This document shows positions 63,786 to 64,000 of a stretch of 64,000 nucleotides of DNA, piece after piece. The position numbers and the translations under genes are program-made. Source of the DNA: Nemertoderma westbladi. Lineage: Eukaryota; Animalia; Xenacoelomorpha. The stretch is taken from positions 1-64,000 of the forward strand of contig JAUCBJ010005613.1 of assembly GCA_032718475.1 (NCBI GenBank), read 5' to 3'. How positions within the stretch are numbered: position 1 is the stretch's first letter; every line of letters begins with the position of its first letter. The notes beneath the pieces are model-generated. The model searched no databases. It was not told the DNA's origin and saw only the letters and a program-made list of their open reading frames with translations.

Positions 63786-64000
63786 TTCTAGAAGAGTCTG
63801 CCAAATGTCGTTGGATTCTCCTTCATCAAAAATTGGATCTTAATTCGGCATGACGTCACATATTACGGAAGTATTTTGTTTACACTTCCATTAACAATAG
63901 CCGTTACTGTTAGCCGATAATGCCTACTTTCTAATTTATATAGTTTACCAAATTCATGGGTTAACTCTCTAATTACAAATACATTGGCAATGTAGAAAAC

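Overview
AT-rich, intron- and repeat-rich animal (probably invertebrate) genomic DNA; nothing here is prokaryotic and there is no CRISPR array. Two host genes can be supported. (1) A single-ORF Kelch-propeller / cytochrome b561 membrane protein (8308-10290, +). (2) A 12-exon ADAM/reprolysin (M12B) metalloprotease on the minus strand, reconstructed by hand from 61796 down to 20665 with compatible GT-AG phases (1536 nt, 511 aa). The model has a signal peptide, a very short pro-region, a catalytic domain, a shortened disintegrin domain and a Cys-rich domain, but no EGF, transmembrane or cytoplasmic part. A candidate alternative last exon would give a protease-only isoform. The rest is mobile DNA and satellite: an internally deleted in-frame BEL/Pao element, a truncated Gypsy element, a near full-length two-ORF LINE, a decayed LINE split by a P-like long-TIR element, many copies of an RTE-like LINE, a Harbinger derivative, palindromic MITEs and about ten tandem arrays. 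The most striking small feature is a tRNA-derived Pol III head fused directly to an intact minimal type I hammerhead ribozyme (about 10748-10847). All calls come from reading the sequence by eye; no database search was run.
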